64,000 nucleotides of DNA, from the NCBI GenBank assembly GCA_047285535.1, contig JBJBDC010000001.1:2016136-2080135 (forward strand), given 5' to 3'. Positions within the stretch are counted from its first letter, which is position 1. Each line of letters opens with the position of its first letter. Below are positions 39,111-49,510 of this stretch, piece by piece. This DNA comes from Synechococcus sp. Its GTDB lineage: Bacteria > Cyanobacteriota > Cyanobacteriia > PCC-6307 > Cyanobiaceae. The translations under genes were made by a program, and so were the position numbers. Under the pieces are notes generated by a model that saw nothing but the letters and a program-made list of their open reading frames with translations, was not told where the DNA came from and made no database searches.

Positions 39111-41789
39111 TCATTCCAAACTCTTCTTTAATTCAGCGCGCGCTGTCTTGAGTGCGCCATCCAGTGCCGCACCATCACGACCTCCTGCCTGAGCCAGGTT
39201 TGGACGGCCACCACCCCCACCACCGCAGATCTTGGCAATAGCTCCGATGAATTTGCCGGCTTGCAGACCCTTGGCAATAACCAAAGTCCCAAACGCAGCT
39301 ATCAGAATGACTTTTCCTTGATCACTCGGATCAGGACATCCCCCCAATACAACAGCAGTGGCATCCCCCAGCTGATCCAGCAATCCCTGGGCTGCTCCCT
39401 GCAGACCAGCACCATCCACACCATCAAGGCGAGCCACCAACAGTTGAGAGTCACCAACGGCAACGGCTTGCGTTTCTAATGCCGCAGACTTGGCAACCGC
39501 CAATTCAGCGCGAGCGGCAACCAAAGCTTTTTGACTGCTCTTGAGCTCCTCCTGCAGTGCCGAAACACGATCAACAATTTCTGCAGGCTGGGCTTTAAAC
39601 AGTTCTCCCAACCGCTTCACCACCCCATCTCGCTCCTTGAGATAGGCAAGGACCGAAGGCCCTGCTACAGCTTCAATTCTGCGGATACCAGCAGCAACTC
39701 CACTTTCACTCACGATCTTGAATAAACCGATCTCTGCCGTATTACGCACATGGGTGCCTCCGCAGAGCTCCATCGACACACCGGGGACGTCAACAACACG
39801 CACGACATCGGAGTATTTCTCACCAAACATCGCTACCGCGCCAGCGGCTTTGGCTTGATCAATCGCCATCTCATTCACTTCAAGCGTGTGTGCATCGCTG
39901 ATCCAGCCATTGATCAAGGTTTCAATCTGCTCGAGCTCCTCAGCTTTCACAGCCCTTGAGGAATGAAAATCAAAGCGCAATCGCTCAAAATCCACGAGTG
40001 ATCCAGCCTGTCCAATCCCCGGATCGACCACCTGTTTCAACGCTGCTTGCAGCAGATGTGTTGCCGTGTGATTGGCCTGTGCTCGACGGCGGCAGGCGCG
40101 ATCCACCCTGCCATGCACAACATCACCGACTTGAAGATTGCCGCGCTCGACTCGACCGCTATGCACAAACACACTGCGATTACGACTCACAGCATCAATC
40201 ACCACAATCAAGCCACTGCCGTCTGGACCAGGACCGGCCAGGATTCCACGATCACCAACTTGACCTCCACCTTCTCCATAAAAAGGCGTGGTATCAAGCA
40301 CCACCTGGACCGCATCGCCAGCCTGTGCCTGCGTTGCAGACACACCATTGACGACCAGTGCTTGCACACAGCTGCTCTGCTCCAGGTGCTCATATCCGCT
40401 AAATTCAGTATCTGCAAGGCCAATAGCCACTTGATCAATGGCATCTTGCAGCGTCAGGTCAATGCTCACAGCCGCGGCCTTGGCTCTCTGACGCTGCTCC
40501 TTCATCGCCTGCTCAAATCCATCCAAATCGACACTCAGACCCTGCTCTTCGGCAATTTCCTGGGTGAGTTCGAGAGGGAAGCCAAAGGTGTCATACAGCT
40601 CAAAAGCTTGAGGACCTGAAATCTCCGTTGGCTTGGTTGCCAATACATCGGCCAATAGCTTTTCTCCGCGCTCCAAAGTCTCCAGAAACCGTGCTTCCTC
40701 GCGTTGAAGCTCCGCCAAGATCACCGCCTTACGTTCCGTGAGCTGTGGATAAGCGTTGCCCATCAACGCTATCGACGCCTCGCCCATCGCCATCAGAAAT
40801 GGTTTGTCGATCCCAAGGAGCCGTCCATGCCGTACCACCCGCCTGAGGAGACGTCTGAGGATGTAGCCCCGTCCAAGATTACTTGCGGTGACACCATCAC
40901 AAATCAGCTGCGTGATCGCCCTGCTGTGATCACCGATCACCTTGAGCGATGTTTTTCCCTTCTCGTCTAGCTGGTGATACTCAAGGCCCGCCATCTCTCC
41001 TGCAGCCCTGATCAAGGGAAAAATCAGATCCGTTTCGTAGTTGTTTGGAACCCGCTGCAAGATTTGAGCCATACGCTCCAGGCCCATTCCGGTATCGATA
41101 TTGCGATTCTCAAGAGGCGTGAGCACCCCGTCGGCATCACGGTTGTATTGCATGAACACCAAGTTGTAGAACTCGATGAAGCGGCTGTCGTCCTCAAGAT
41201 CGATGCCCTCATCACCCATCTCAGGCTTGAAGTCGTAATAGATCTCCGAACACGGTCCACAGGGCCCGGTGGGGCCTGATGCCCAGAAGTTGTCAGCCTC
41301 ATCCATGCGAATGATCCGCTTGGGGTTGACGCCAACCACATCCCGCCAGATCTGTTCTGCCTCATCGTCCTCCCTGAAAACGCTCACCACCAAATGCTTT
41401 GGATCAATGGCGTAGATCCCCGTACTGAGCTCCCAGGCCCACTCAATCGCCTGTTGCTTGAAATAATCACCGAAGGAAAAATTGCCAAGCATCTCAAAAA
41501 ACGTGTGATGCCGAGCCGTGCGTCCAACGTTCTCGATATCATTTGTACGTATACATTTTTGGCTGGTCGTAGCCCGCGCCGAGGGTCGCTCCACTTGGCC
41601 CAAAAACACGGGTTTAAACGGCAGCATTCCTGCAATCGTGAGCAACACGGTGGGATCCTCAGGAACCAGCGAAGCGCTCGGCATGACGATGTGTTCACGC
41701 GACTGATAGAAAGCCAAAAATGCAGCTCGAATCTCGTCACCTGTGCGGGGAGTGGCACCGGCGGAACGCGACGAACGTGCAACAGCCAT
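39111..41789 (-). CDS. alaS: Alanine--tRNA ligase
   Basis: TIAGMLPFKP, RHHTFFEMLGNFSFGDYFK, GPCGPCSEI, DTGMGLER, NHTATHLL, MELCGGTHV, GGGGGRP. Confidence 0.99.
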   Translation of the reverse strand: MAVARSSRSAGATPRTGDEIRAAFLAFYQSREHIVMPSASLVPEDPTVLLTIAGMLPFKPVFLGQVERPSARATTSQKCIRTNDIENVGRTARHHTFFEMLGNFSFGDYFKQQAIEWAWELSTGIYAIDPKHLVVSVFREDDEAEQIWRDVVGVNPKRIIRMDEADNFWASGPTGPCGPCSEIYYDFKPEMGDEGIDLEDDSRFIEFYNLVFMQYNRDADGVLTPLENRNIDTGMGLERMAQILQRVPNNYETDLIFPLIRAAGEMAGLEYHQLDEKGKTSLKVIGDHSRAITQLICDGVTASNLGRGYILRRLLRRVVRHGRLLGIDKPFLMAMGEASIALMGNAYPQLTERKAVILAELQREEARFLETLERGEKLLADVLATKPTEISGPQAFELYDTFGFPLELTQEIAEEQGLSVDLDGFEQAMKEQRQRAKAAAVSIDLTLQDAIDQVAIGLADTEFSGYEHLEQSSCVQALVVNGVSATQAQAGDAVQVVLDTTPFYGEGGGQVGDRGILAGPGPDGSGLIVVIDAVSRNRSVFVHSGRVERGNLQVGDVVHGRVDRACRRRAQANHTATHLLQAALKQVVDPGIGQAGSLVDFERLRFDFHSSRAVKAEELEQIETLINGWISDAHTLEVNEMAIDQAKAAGAVAMFGEKYSDVVRVVDVPGVSMELCGGTHVRNTAEIGLFKIVSESGVAAGIRRIEAVAGPSVLAYLKERDGVVKRLGELFKAQPAEIVDRVSALQEELKSSQKALVAARAELAVAKSAALETQAVAVGDSQLLVARLDGVDGAGLQGAAQGLLDQLGDATAVVLGGCPDPSDQGKVILIAAFGTLVIAKGLQAGKFIGAIAKICGGGGGGRPNLAQAGGRDGAALDGALKTARAELKKSLE

Positions 41790-42248
41790 GACGGATTCCG
41801 CGAAGACAGCAGATAGAAAAGCCATGATCGCCCCTGACGCCGCCGGGCCCCCTCGTCGCGCCGTCTCTTTTCATCGAAAGCAGCGATTGACTGAGGCTCT
41901 TCTCCATGGGCCAGGCCTCCCCCTATCGCATAGCAGCAGAGCTTCTATTCTTTTCTTTCCCCGCCAGGACTCCAGACTGTCAACATTGCTTGGACACCAG
42001 TAGTTGCAACTTGTTTGATGGCCTTTTAGCTTTTCACCAAGAGACTATCAACTCCAGGATCTGCCATTCGCAATCGGGAGTTTTGGCTCTGTTCATGGGT
42101 TAAGAAGCCTGAGGATGCCCTTACCCCCCCTTGGCAAAAGCCAACACCCTGGCATTATTAGGACGGATCTCCTCATCGAGTGGTTGCCGTTGATCGGTAG
42201 TGCACTCCTGCTTCACGGAACCCAAAGCATGTTTTCTGCGTCGCGGCC

Positions 42249-45200
42249 ATGAGCCTGCTGCACGCCACCTGGCTTCCAGCCATTCGTACTCCGACCAGCT
42301 CAGGACGAGCTGCCTTATTGGTTTGGGCTGACACCTGGCGCGTCGCCGAACCAGCAGGCGCAAGCGCCACCCCTGCCATTCATCCCTTCACCCTCAGCAC
42401 AGACGAGCTGCGTGACTTACTGAGTTCACGGGACCTGTTACCCGAAGGCATCATTGATGCCATGGCCTGCCTCACCCTGCCAAGCCGCAGCGTGAAGCCC
42501 CGAAAAAAACGAGGATCTGAGACCAGCAGCACAGAACAACCTGGCTGGACTGGCCTGCCCTTACAAGCTGGCGAGCCGATTCCCAAACAAACTGAGTGGT
42601 GGCCTTGGCAGGTTCAAGGTCTAGCGATCGAGCCGATGGCAGCAACCGCATGGCTGTCCAGGCTCCCTCTTTCAGGGCGTCACCCTGACTTAGCTGATGA
42701 GTTGCGCTGGTGGAGTCATATGCAGCGTTGGTCCCTAAGCCTGGTCGCACGGAGTCGCTGGCTGCCCCAGGTGGAATTGAGTAAGGGCGAGGGCTATCCC
42801 CATCGCGCCCGCTGGGTACCGCTCCTGAATCGCGAGGAAGACCGTCGACGTCTTGAGGACATGGCGTCAAGCCTGCCCCTCGTCGCCACCTGTGCCCTGC
42901 CATGGCGCGAACCAACCGGGCGCAGAAGCAACCGCACAACACGGCTCCGACCGGAGGCCATGCGCGCCGCCAATCCAGTGGCCTGCTGCAGGCCCCGCAG
43001 CGGAAGGCTCAGGGTTGCCACGCTTTTAGCCGACCTGATGGATGCCCAGTTGCGCAAGGGCTTCACCCCAGATTCAGACCAGGACGGCTTGGATCCTCTG
43101 CTACTCGCCTGGGAGGAGGCCTTGAGTTCAGAGACCGGCGAAATTCAACTCGGTGATGAAGATGTCGAACGCTTAGCCACCGCCAGCAACCATTGGCGTG
43201 AAGGGGTCGCTGGCAATGTGGCAGCCGCCCGTGCCTGCCTGGACCTTGCCACACCAGCGGAGGGCGAAGAACTGTGGCCGCTGCGCTTCTTCCTGCAAGC
43301 AGAAGCCGATCCAACACTCAAGCTGAAGGCGGGGGCCGCCTGGGCCGCAGGGCCAAGCGGTTTACAACTCGGAGAAATCAAGGTGGATCACCCGGGTGAG
43401 GTGCTGCTTGAGGGGATGGGCCGAGCGTTGACCGTGTTCCAGCCAATCGAGCGCGGACTGGACAGTGCCACGCCAGAGAGCATGGAGCTCACACCGGCTG
43501 AAGCCTTTGTTCTGGTGCGTACGGCTGCCCGCCAACTGCGGGATGTAGGCGTCGGCGTTGACCTACCACCAAGTCTGTCGGGTGGTCTCGCCAGCCGACT
43601 CGGCCTCGCCATCAAGGCAGAACTATCGGAGCGCTCCCGCGGCTTCACCCTTGGAGAAAACCTTGATTGGAGCTGGGAGCTCATGATCGGTGGTGTGACG
43701 CTGACGTTACGAGAGCTCGAGCGTCTTGCCGGAAAGCGCAGCCCACTCGTCCGTCACAAGGGGGCCTGGATCGAACTGCGCCCCAATGACCTTAAAAATG
43801 CTGAGCGCTTTTGTGCTGCCAATCCAGACCTCAGCCTCGACGACGCCCTGCGTCTGACTGCCACAGAAGGCGACACCATGATGCGGTTGCCTGTGCATCA
43901 GTTCGATTCCGGTCCGCGGCTGCAAGCCGTACTGGAGCAATACCACCAGCAAAAAGCTCCAGACCCCCTGCCTGCACCCGAAGGATTTTCAGGGCAACTC
44001 CGGCCATATCAGGAGCGTGGCCTCGGCTGGCTGGCCTTCCTGCATCGTTTCGATCAAGGCGCTTGCTTAGCCGACGACATGGGCCTAGGCAAAACCATCC
44101 AACTGTTGGCCTTTCTTCAACACCTCAAAGCAGAGAAAGAGCTCAAGCGATCCGTGCTGTTAATCGCGCCCACTTCCGTTCTCACCAATTGGAAACGCGA
44201 AGCAACAGCATTCACTCCAGAGCTCAATGTGCATGAGCACTACGGTCCAAAACGACCCAGCACACCAGCTGCCCTGAAAAAGGCTTTGAAGGATGTGGAC
44301 CTCGTGCTCACCAGCTACGGGCTCTTGCAACGAGACAGCGAACTGCTCGAAAGTCATGATTGGCAAGGCCTCGTCATCGATGAAGCGCAGGCCATCAAAA
44401 ACCCATCGGCCAAGCAAAGCCAAGCGGCCCGTGATCTGGCGCGCCCGAAAAAAAGCAGCCGATTCCGCATCGCACTCACTGGAACACCAGTCGAAAACCG
44501 GGTCAGCGAACTCTGGGCATTGATGGATTTCCTCAACCCGCGAGTGCTGGGCGAAGAAGAATTTTTTCGACATCGCTATCGCATGCCGATTGAGCGCTAC
44601 GGGGACCTGTCATCCCTCCGTGACCTCAAAGCCCGGGTGGGTCCATTCATCCTCAGGAGACTGAAAACCGACAAAGCAATCATCTCGGATCTGCCTGAAA
44701 AAGTGGAATTGAGCGAATGGGTAGGCCTGAGCAAAGAACAGAAATCGCTCTACGCCAAAACCGTCGAAGACACCCTCGATGCCATTGCCCGCGCACCGCG
44801 TGGCAAGCGTCATGGTCAGGTTTTAGGGCTTCTGACCAAACTCAAGCAAATCTGCAACCACCCTGCCCTTGCACTCAAAGAGGAGACTGCCGGCGATGAT
44901 TTCCTCAAGCGATCTGTGAAATTGCAACGTCTCGAAGAAATTCTTGACGAGGTGGTCGAAGCGGGAGATCGAGCGTTGCTCTTTACCCAGTTCGCGGAAT
45001 GGGGAAAATTGCTGCAGGACTATTTGCAGCGTCGCTGGCGCAGCGAAGTGCCATTCCTGAGTGGTAGCACCAGCAAGAGTGAGCGTCAGGCCATGGTCGA
45101 TCGCTTCCAGGAGGATCCTCGAGGACCTCAGTTATTTCTGCTCTCACTCAAGGCCGGCGGAGTCGGGCTCAACCTCACACGGGCGAGTCATGTCTTTCAC

Positions 45201-45443
45201 ATTGATCGCTGGTGGAACCCCGCAGTTGAGAATCAAGCCACCGATCGTGCTTATCGCATTGGCCAGAGCAATCGGGTCATGGTGCATAAGTTCATCACCA
45301 GCGGCTCAGTTGAAGAAAAAATCGATCGGATGATCCGCGAAAAATCCAGACTCGCCGAAGACATCATTGGTTCTGGCGAAGACTGGCTTGGGGGCCTAGA
45401 GATGGGACAACTCAAGGAATTGGTAAGCCTGGAGAACAACTGA
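42249..45443 (+). CDS. SNF2-family helicase/ATPase
   Basis: LADDMGLGKT, DEAQ, ALTGTP.EN, ILRRLK, LSLKAGGVGLNL, WWNPA.E.QATDRAYRIGQ. Confidence 0.97.
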   Translation: MSLLHATWLPAIRTPTSSGRAALLVWADTWRVAEPAGASATPAIHPFTLSTDELRDLLSSRDLLPEGIIDAMACLTLPSRSVKPRKKRGSETSSTEQPGWTGLPLQAGEPIPKQTEWWPWQVQGLAIEPMAATAWLSRLPLSGRHPDLADELRWWSHMQRWSLSLVARSRWLPQVELSKGEGYPHRARWVPLLNREEDRRRLEDMASSLPLVATCALPWREPTGRRSNRTTRLRPEAMRAANPVACCRPRSGRLRVATLLADLMDAQLRKGFTPDSDQDGLDPLLLAWEEALSSETGEIQLGDEDVERLATASNHWREGVAGNVAAARACLDLATPAEGEELWPLRFFLQAEADPTLKLKAGAAWAAGPSGLQLGEIKVDHPGEVLLEGMGRALTVFQPIERGLDSATPESMELTPAEAFVLVRTAARQLRDVGVGVDLPPSLSGGLASRLGLAIKAELSERSRGFTLGENLDWSWELMIGGVTLTLRELERLAGKRSPLVRHKGAWIELRPNDLKNAERFCAANPDLSLDDALRLTATEGDTMMRLPVHQFDSGPRLQAVLEQYHQQKAPDPLPAPEGFSGQLRPYQERGLGWLAFLHRFDQGACLADDMGLGKTIQLLAFLQHLKAEKELKRSVLLIAPTSVLTNWKREATAFTPELNVHEHYGPKRPSTPAALKKALKDVDLVLTSYGLLQRDSELLESHDWQGLVIDEAQAIKNPSAKQSQAARDLARPKKSSRFRIALTGTPVENRVSELWALMDFLNPRVLGEEEFFRHRYRMPIERYGDLSSLRDLKARVGPFILRRLKTDKAIISDLPEKVELSEWVGLSKEQKSLYAKTVEDTLDAIARAPRGKRHGQVLGLLTKLKQICNHPALALKEETAGDDFLKRSVKLQRLEEILDEVVEAGDRALLFTQFAEWGKLLQDYLQRRWRSEVPFLSGSTSKSERQAMVDRFQEDPRGPQLFLLSLKAGGVGLNLTRASHVFHIDRWWNPAVENQATDRAYRIGQSNRVMVHKFITSGSVEEKIDRMIREKSRLAEDIIGSGEDWLGGLEMGQLKELVSLENN

Positions 45444-45445
45444 AC

Positions 45446-46339
45446 ATGAGCACCACCCCACCTGGCATCAACACTTCAATGAGTGACGACGGGCTGTCAC
45501 ATCAGCCTTGGTGGGTTGAGCAATGGATGGAACTGATCAATTCCTATCGCTTTAAAAAGCGACTGGAGAGAGCCTGGGCCTACGCGCGCGAAGGACATGT
45601 GACCTCAATCCGCTTTGAAGGTCGAAGGGTGCATGCCCGCGTCCAAGGCACCGATGCAGACCCCTACAAGGTGAAGCTCTGGCTCGACGTTTTAAAAGAT
45701 GAGGACTGGGGTTATGTGCTCGAAGCGCTCACGGGGAAGGCTCGCTGGTCCGCTCAACTTCTGGCCGGAATCATGCCAGCCGATATCGAACGGGCCTTTG
45801 CTGCCAGTGGTCGTCGTCTGTTTCCCTTCAAGCTTCAAGAGGTGAGAAGCGAATGCAGCTGTCCCGATAAAGCCAACCCCTGCAAGCACATCAGCGCCGT
45901 TTACTTCCTGATGGGAGAACGGTTCAGCGAAGATCCATTTGTGCTGTTCCAGCTACGTGGTCGCACTCGAGCCAAACTGCTCGAAGATCTAGCAGAACAC
46001 CGTCTACAGGCCCTGCAGGCCATTGCCGAGAGCGAGAACAGCAACGACAATGCCGAGACCCCTGCCGTTGATGCCAGCAGCGGTGAACTCAATCCGCCCC
46101 ATCCCGCGGTTCTCGATCCCACGCTCTGGTGGCGTTACGACGCTGGCCTAGACAGCGACCTTGTTGTGATCACACCGGCGATGGAGGGAGATACAGGGCT
46201 CGATGCGGCGGGGGATCTCCCTCTGGCTGAAGAACCACGCTTTCCGGAAGCCCGTCCTCGTTTTTTACAGCACCTTCGCCAACAGGGCCAAGCTTTAGCG
46301 CAGCAAGCCATGCTGGAGGCGATGGCAGCAGGGAACTAA
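45446..46339 (+). CDS. SWIM zinc-finger protein
   Basis: ECSCPDKANPCKH; DPFVLFQLRG; coupled to the SNF2 gene. Confidence 0.93.
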   Translation: MSTTPPGINTSMSDDGLSHQPWWVEQWMELINSYRFKKRLERAWAYAREGHVTSIRFEGRRVHARVQGTDADPYKVKLWLDVLKDEDWGYVLEALTGKARWSAQLLAGIMPADIERAFAASGRRLFPFKLQEVRSECSCPDKANPCKHISAVYFLMGERFSEDPFVLFQLRGRTRAKLLEDLAEHRLQALQAIAESENSNDNAETPAVDASSGELNPPHPAVLDPTLWWRYDAGLDSDLVVITPAMEGDTGLDAAGDLPLAEEPRFPEARPRFLQHLRQQGQALAQQAMLEAMAAGN

Positions 46340-46378
46340 ATCGTCTTTTCAATCGTTCACTCCATCGTCGCAAGAGTT

Positions 46379-46861
46379 ATGGAGAACTCCGTAGCCCCCT
46401 GGTTAAGTCTGGAAACTCAGGCGCTCATTCAAAACCTGCTGATTTCCCATCAACGAGCCTTCTCTCAACCGCTGGTGCAAGGAAATCTGGGGACCGACTC
46501 GAAGCGCACTGCAGCTCAAGAGCTCTTTATAAGCCCAATCGTCGTATTAGCCCATGACAACAACAGTGACCCCTTGTTGACCTATGCCAATAGCAGGGCC
46601 CTAAGGCTCTGGGGTCACAACTGGGCCAGCATGGTGGGCATGCCCTCCCGCCTCACAGCGGAAGAAAGCGAGCGCGGTGAACGCGCAAGTGCACTGAAGC
46701 AAGCCCATCAAGTTGACGGCTTCCGCGACTACAGCGGCATTCGAATCAACCGAAACGGCCGACGTTTCATGATCAACAAGGCCCGAATCTGGTCCATTTG
46801 GGATGCAAACAACGAAAAGCGCGGACAAGCAGCTGCCTTTTCGAGCTGGTGGTGGATTTGA
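46379..46861 (+). CDS. MEKHLA (PAS-like) domain protein
   Basis: VLAHD..DP..TYAN..AL.LW...GMPSRLTAE..ER...YSGIRI...GRRF.I..A.IW...GQAA.F. Confidence 0.85.
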   Translation: MENSVAPWLSLETQALIQNLLISHQRAFSQPLVQGNLGTDSKRTAAQELFISPIVVLAHDNNSDPLLTYANSRALRLWGHNWASMVGMPSRLTAEESERGERASALKQAHQVDGFRDYSGIRINRNGRRFMINKARIWSIWDANNEKRGQAAAFSSWWWI

Positions 46862-46874
46862 TTCAAGACCCAAC

Positions 46875-46914
46875 GGTTCGGTTCTTGCGATATCCCAGTA
46901 GCAGCAACCGAACC
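46875..46914. promoter_or_regulatory. Inverted repeat with GTTCGG cores upstream of the small HSP gene
   Basis: ggttcggtt-N22-aaccgaacc. Confidence 0.4.
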
Positions 46915-47036
46915 AAGTAGTCTAGACCGCACTAAAACTGACGGTTCTTACACTCCCTATTAGCATTAATCCAGTGCAGATTGGCGTTGTGGAAAACAAG
47001 ATCTTTCCCATTTCATCGTCACTTTAAGGAATCACC

Positions 47037-47462
47037 ATGATCACCCTTCGCCCATCACCTTTCGATCTATTTGATCGTCTTGAGCAACAAGTCTCTCAAG
47101 CTGAAAGAGTTCCAGCCGCCGAAGTCATCGAAAACAAATCTGGCTACATCGTGCGCTTAGAACTGCCAGGCGTCGACCATGACTCGATTGATGTCAAAGC
47201 CACCGATCGTTCACTGGTCATTAGCGCCGAACGCAAGTCCGCCGCCTTCGTCGAAGACGGTGCCACGCCCGATGAACGGTCTGAGCCGGAGAATCAACAC
47301 CTTCTAAGCGAATTCCGCACTGGAACTTGGAGTCGCAGTTTCCGCTTCGCCCAGCCCCTCGATCGTGACCATTTAGAAGCCTCGTACCGCGACGGCATTC
47401 TTGAAATCAAGGCGGCAAAAAGCGATAACCGCACTTCAGTTTCGGTGAAAGTCAATAGCTAA
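47037..47462 (+). CDS. hspA: Small heat-shock protein (HSP20/alpha-crystallin)
   Basis: PAAEV.E...VRLELPGV...IDV...LVISAER...F.F...ASYRDGIL.I. Confidence 0.9.
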   Translation: MITLRPSPFDLFDRLEQQVSQAERVPAAEVIENKSGYIVRLELPGVDHDSIDVKATDRSLVISAERKSAAFVEDGATPDERSEPENQHLLSEFRTGTWSRSFRFAQPLDRDHLEASYRDGILEIKAAKSDNRTSVSVKVNS

Positions 47463-47516
47463 ACCAACCAACACACCACGGTCCACGGAACGGAGTTCTA
47501 CGGGAAAGAAGCTCAA

Positions 47517-47545
47517 GGCTCCTCGCTGCGGCGGGAGCCATTTTT
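47517..47545 (+). terminator. Probable intrinsic terminator
   Basis: ggctcctcgc-tgcg-gcgggagcc-attttt. Confidence 0.65.
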
Positions 47546-47566
47546 CAGGTTGGTGGTTGGTACCCA

Positions 47567-47641
47567 CTGAGCTTGTTGAACCTGAGCTTGTTGAAACTCA
47601 GCCGTTTGAAACTGAGATTTTTGAATCAGAGCAGCTCGATA
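47567..47641. repeat. Degenerate 15-bp tandem repeat, 5 copies
   Basis: ctgagcttgttgaac/ctgagcttgttgaaa/ctcagccgtttgaaa/ctgagatttttgaat/cagagcagctcgata. Confidence 0.7.
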
Positions 47642-47694
47642 AAGTGAACCGTTGTTCCGTCGGATGATCGGCGGGCTTCCGGAGAACGCAAGCC

Positions 47695-48888
47695 ATGCAT
47701 CGACGGCAGCTGCTTCGCAGCGGTGGGCAGGCGGCGGCGGCGGCAGGAGCCGTTGCTTTAAGCGCCTGCACCATCCGCCGAGCGGAAGAAACCCGCGCCA
47801 GCGGCTTACCCCAAGTTCGCTGGCGGATGGCCACCAGTTGGCCTGTGTCCTTAGACACGATTTACGGAGGGGCCACCACCATCAGCCAACGGATCGAGGA
47901 GATGAGCGGTGGAGCCTTCCGTATCGAACCGTTTGCAGCAGGTGAAATCGTGCCTGGGCTTGAGGTGCTGGATGCAGTTCAAGCCGGATCCGTGGAATGC
48001 GGCCACACCGCCAGTTACTACTACATCGGGAAAAATCCTGCGTTTGCCTTTGGGACCGCTGTGCCGTTTGGGTTATCAGCCCAACAACAAAACGCCTGGC
48101 TGTATTACGGCGGCGGCAACGAGGCCATGAATGAGCTGTTCGCCGATTTCGGAGCCATCAGTTTTCCTGCGGGCAATACGGGGGGACAACTGGGTGGATG
48201 GTTCAAGAAACCGATCAAAAGCCTTGCTTCTCTCCAGGGCTTGAAAATGCGAATCCCTGGGCTTGGGGGAAAGGTCATGGCCAAACTGGGCGTGAATGTT
48301 CAGGTGCTACCTGGAGGCGAGATCTTCCTGGCCTTAGAACGGGGCGCCATTGATGCCGCCGAATTCACTGGCCCTTACGACGATGAAAAGCTTGGTTTGC
48401 CAAAAGCGGCCAAGCATTATTACTACCCGGGTTGGTGGGAGCCTGGACCCACCCTCATGGCTCTGGTCAACCGCAAAGCCTGGTCTGCCCTTCCCAAGGA
48501 ATACCAAGCCATGGTGCGCACGGCTTGTTATGAAGCCAATCTCGGCATGCTGAGTCATTACGAGCGACGTAACAGCGAAGCCCTGCAACGGATCACCCGA
48601 CAAGGCATCAAACTCGAGCGCTACAGCGACGAAATCCTGCGAGCAGCCCGCAGGGCAAGCGCAGAGATTTTCCAGGAACTGGCGGATGCCGATGCGGGCT
48701 TCCGCAATTTGCTTGAACGCTGGCGCATCTTCCGCCGTGAAGCCAGAACCTGGAACAGCATTAATGAACTGCCACTAGCTGAGTTTGATGACGGCAACAT
48801 CGGGGACCAGAACAGCGAAACGACAGGAAAACCAACCAGAGAACCATCAAGAGAACAGATAGGAGAACAAAACGGAGAACAGCGATGA
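47695..48888 (+). CDS. dctP: TRAP transporter substrate-binding protein (TakP-like, Tat signal)
   Basis: RRQLL Tat motif, WRMATSWP, GNTGGQLGGWF, LKMRIPGLGG, YYYPGWWEP. Confidence 0.93.
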   Translation: MHRRQLLRSGGQAAAAAGAVALSACTIRRAEETRASGLPQVRWRMATSWPVSLDTIYGGATTISQRIEEMSGGAFRIEPFAAGEIVPGLEVLDAVQAGSVECGHTASYYYIGKNPAFAFGTAVPFGLSAQQQNAWLYYGGGNEAMNELFADFGAISFPAGNTGGQLGGWFKKPIKSLASLQGLKMRIPGLGGKVMAKLGVNVQVLPGGEIFLALERGAIDAAEFTGPYDDEKLGLPKAAKHYYYPGWWEPGPTLMALVNRKAWSALPKEYQAMVRTACYEANLGMLSHYERRNSEALQRITRQGIKLERYSDEILRAARRASAEIFQELADADAGFRNLLERWRIFRREARTWNSINELPLAEFDDGNIGDQNSETTGKPTREPSREQIGEQNGEQR

Positions 48889-49496
48889 ACGATCGCTTTT
48901 CAGGCCTCGTTCGTGGTCTCGACGGGATTAATGCCGTTGCCGCCTGGCTAGCGCGCTGGTCGGTGTTGCTGATGCTGGCAATCGGCTTCTGGAATGTGAT
49001 CGGTCGGTATGTGGGATCGGCCCTAGGGATCAACCTCAGCAGCAATGGGCTGATCGAAGCCCAATGGTATTTATTTGACCTGATTTTTCTGCTCGGCTTG
49101 GGCTGGACGCTGCAAAAGGGCGGCCATGTTCGGGTTGATGTCCTTCAAAATCGCTGGAGCGCCCGCCAGCGGGATCGTCAAGAACTCAGTGGACTACTCG
49201 TGCTGCTGTTGCCGTTCGCATTTGGCGTCATGGCCCTCTCGATGGCACCAGCACTGAGCTCTTGGAGCATTGGAGAGATGTCTCCCGACCCGGGTGGATT
49301 ACCCCGAACCTGGGTGAAATCACTCATCCCAGTTGGTTTTCTGCTGTTGGGGCTTCAGGGAGTTGCCGAATCCTTGCGTCTGCGTTGGAGGCTGATGCAT
49401 CCGGATGCATCTTCATCAGCGCAGGCCGAATCGAGGAGCGACCTCGAGGTGAGGGGTGGCGATCAGCAACCACCTCATGGAGGCATCAACCTGTGA
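48885..49496 (+). CDS. dctQ: TRAP transporter small permease
   Basis: 4 TM, EAQWYLF, HVRVD, GEMSPDPGGLP. Confidence 0.92.
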   Translation: MNDRFSGLVRGLDGINAVAAWLARWSVLLMLAIGFWNVIGRYVGSALGINLSSNGLIEAQWYLFDLIFLLGLGWTLQKGGHVRVDVLQNRWSARQRDRQELSGLLVLLLPFAFGVMALSMAPALSSWSIGEMSPDPGGLPRTWVKSLIPVGFLLLGLQGVAESLRLRWRLMHPDASSSAQAESRSDLEVRGGDQQPPHGGINL

Positions 49497-49510
49497 TTGA
49501 AATCGAATCC

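Noticed and set aside
41830..42248. ncRNA or T-box leader between alaS and the SNF2 gene
   Set aside because: No recognisable conserved RNA motif by eye; an Rfam scan would be needed
46960..46980. CIRCE-like element TTAGCATTA...CAGTGCAGA before the small HSP gene
   Set aside because: The spacer is 3 bp rather than 9 and the arms are mismatched
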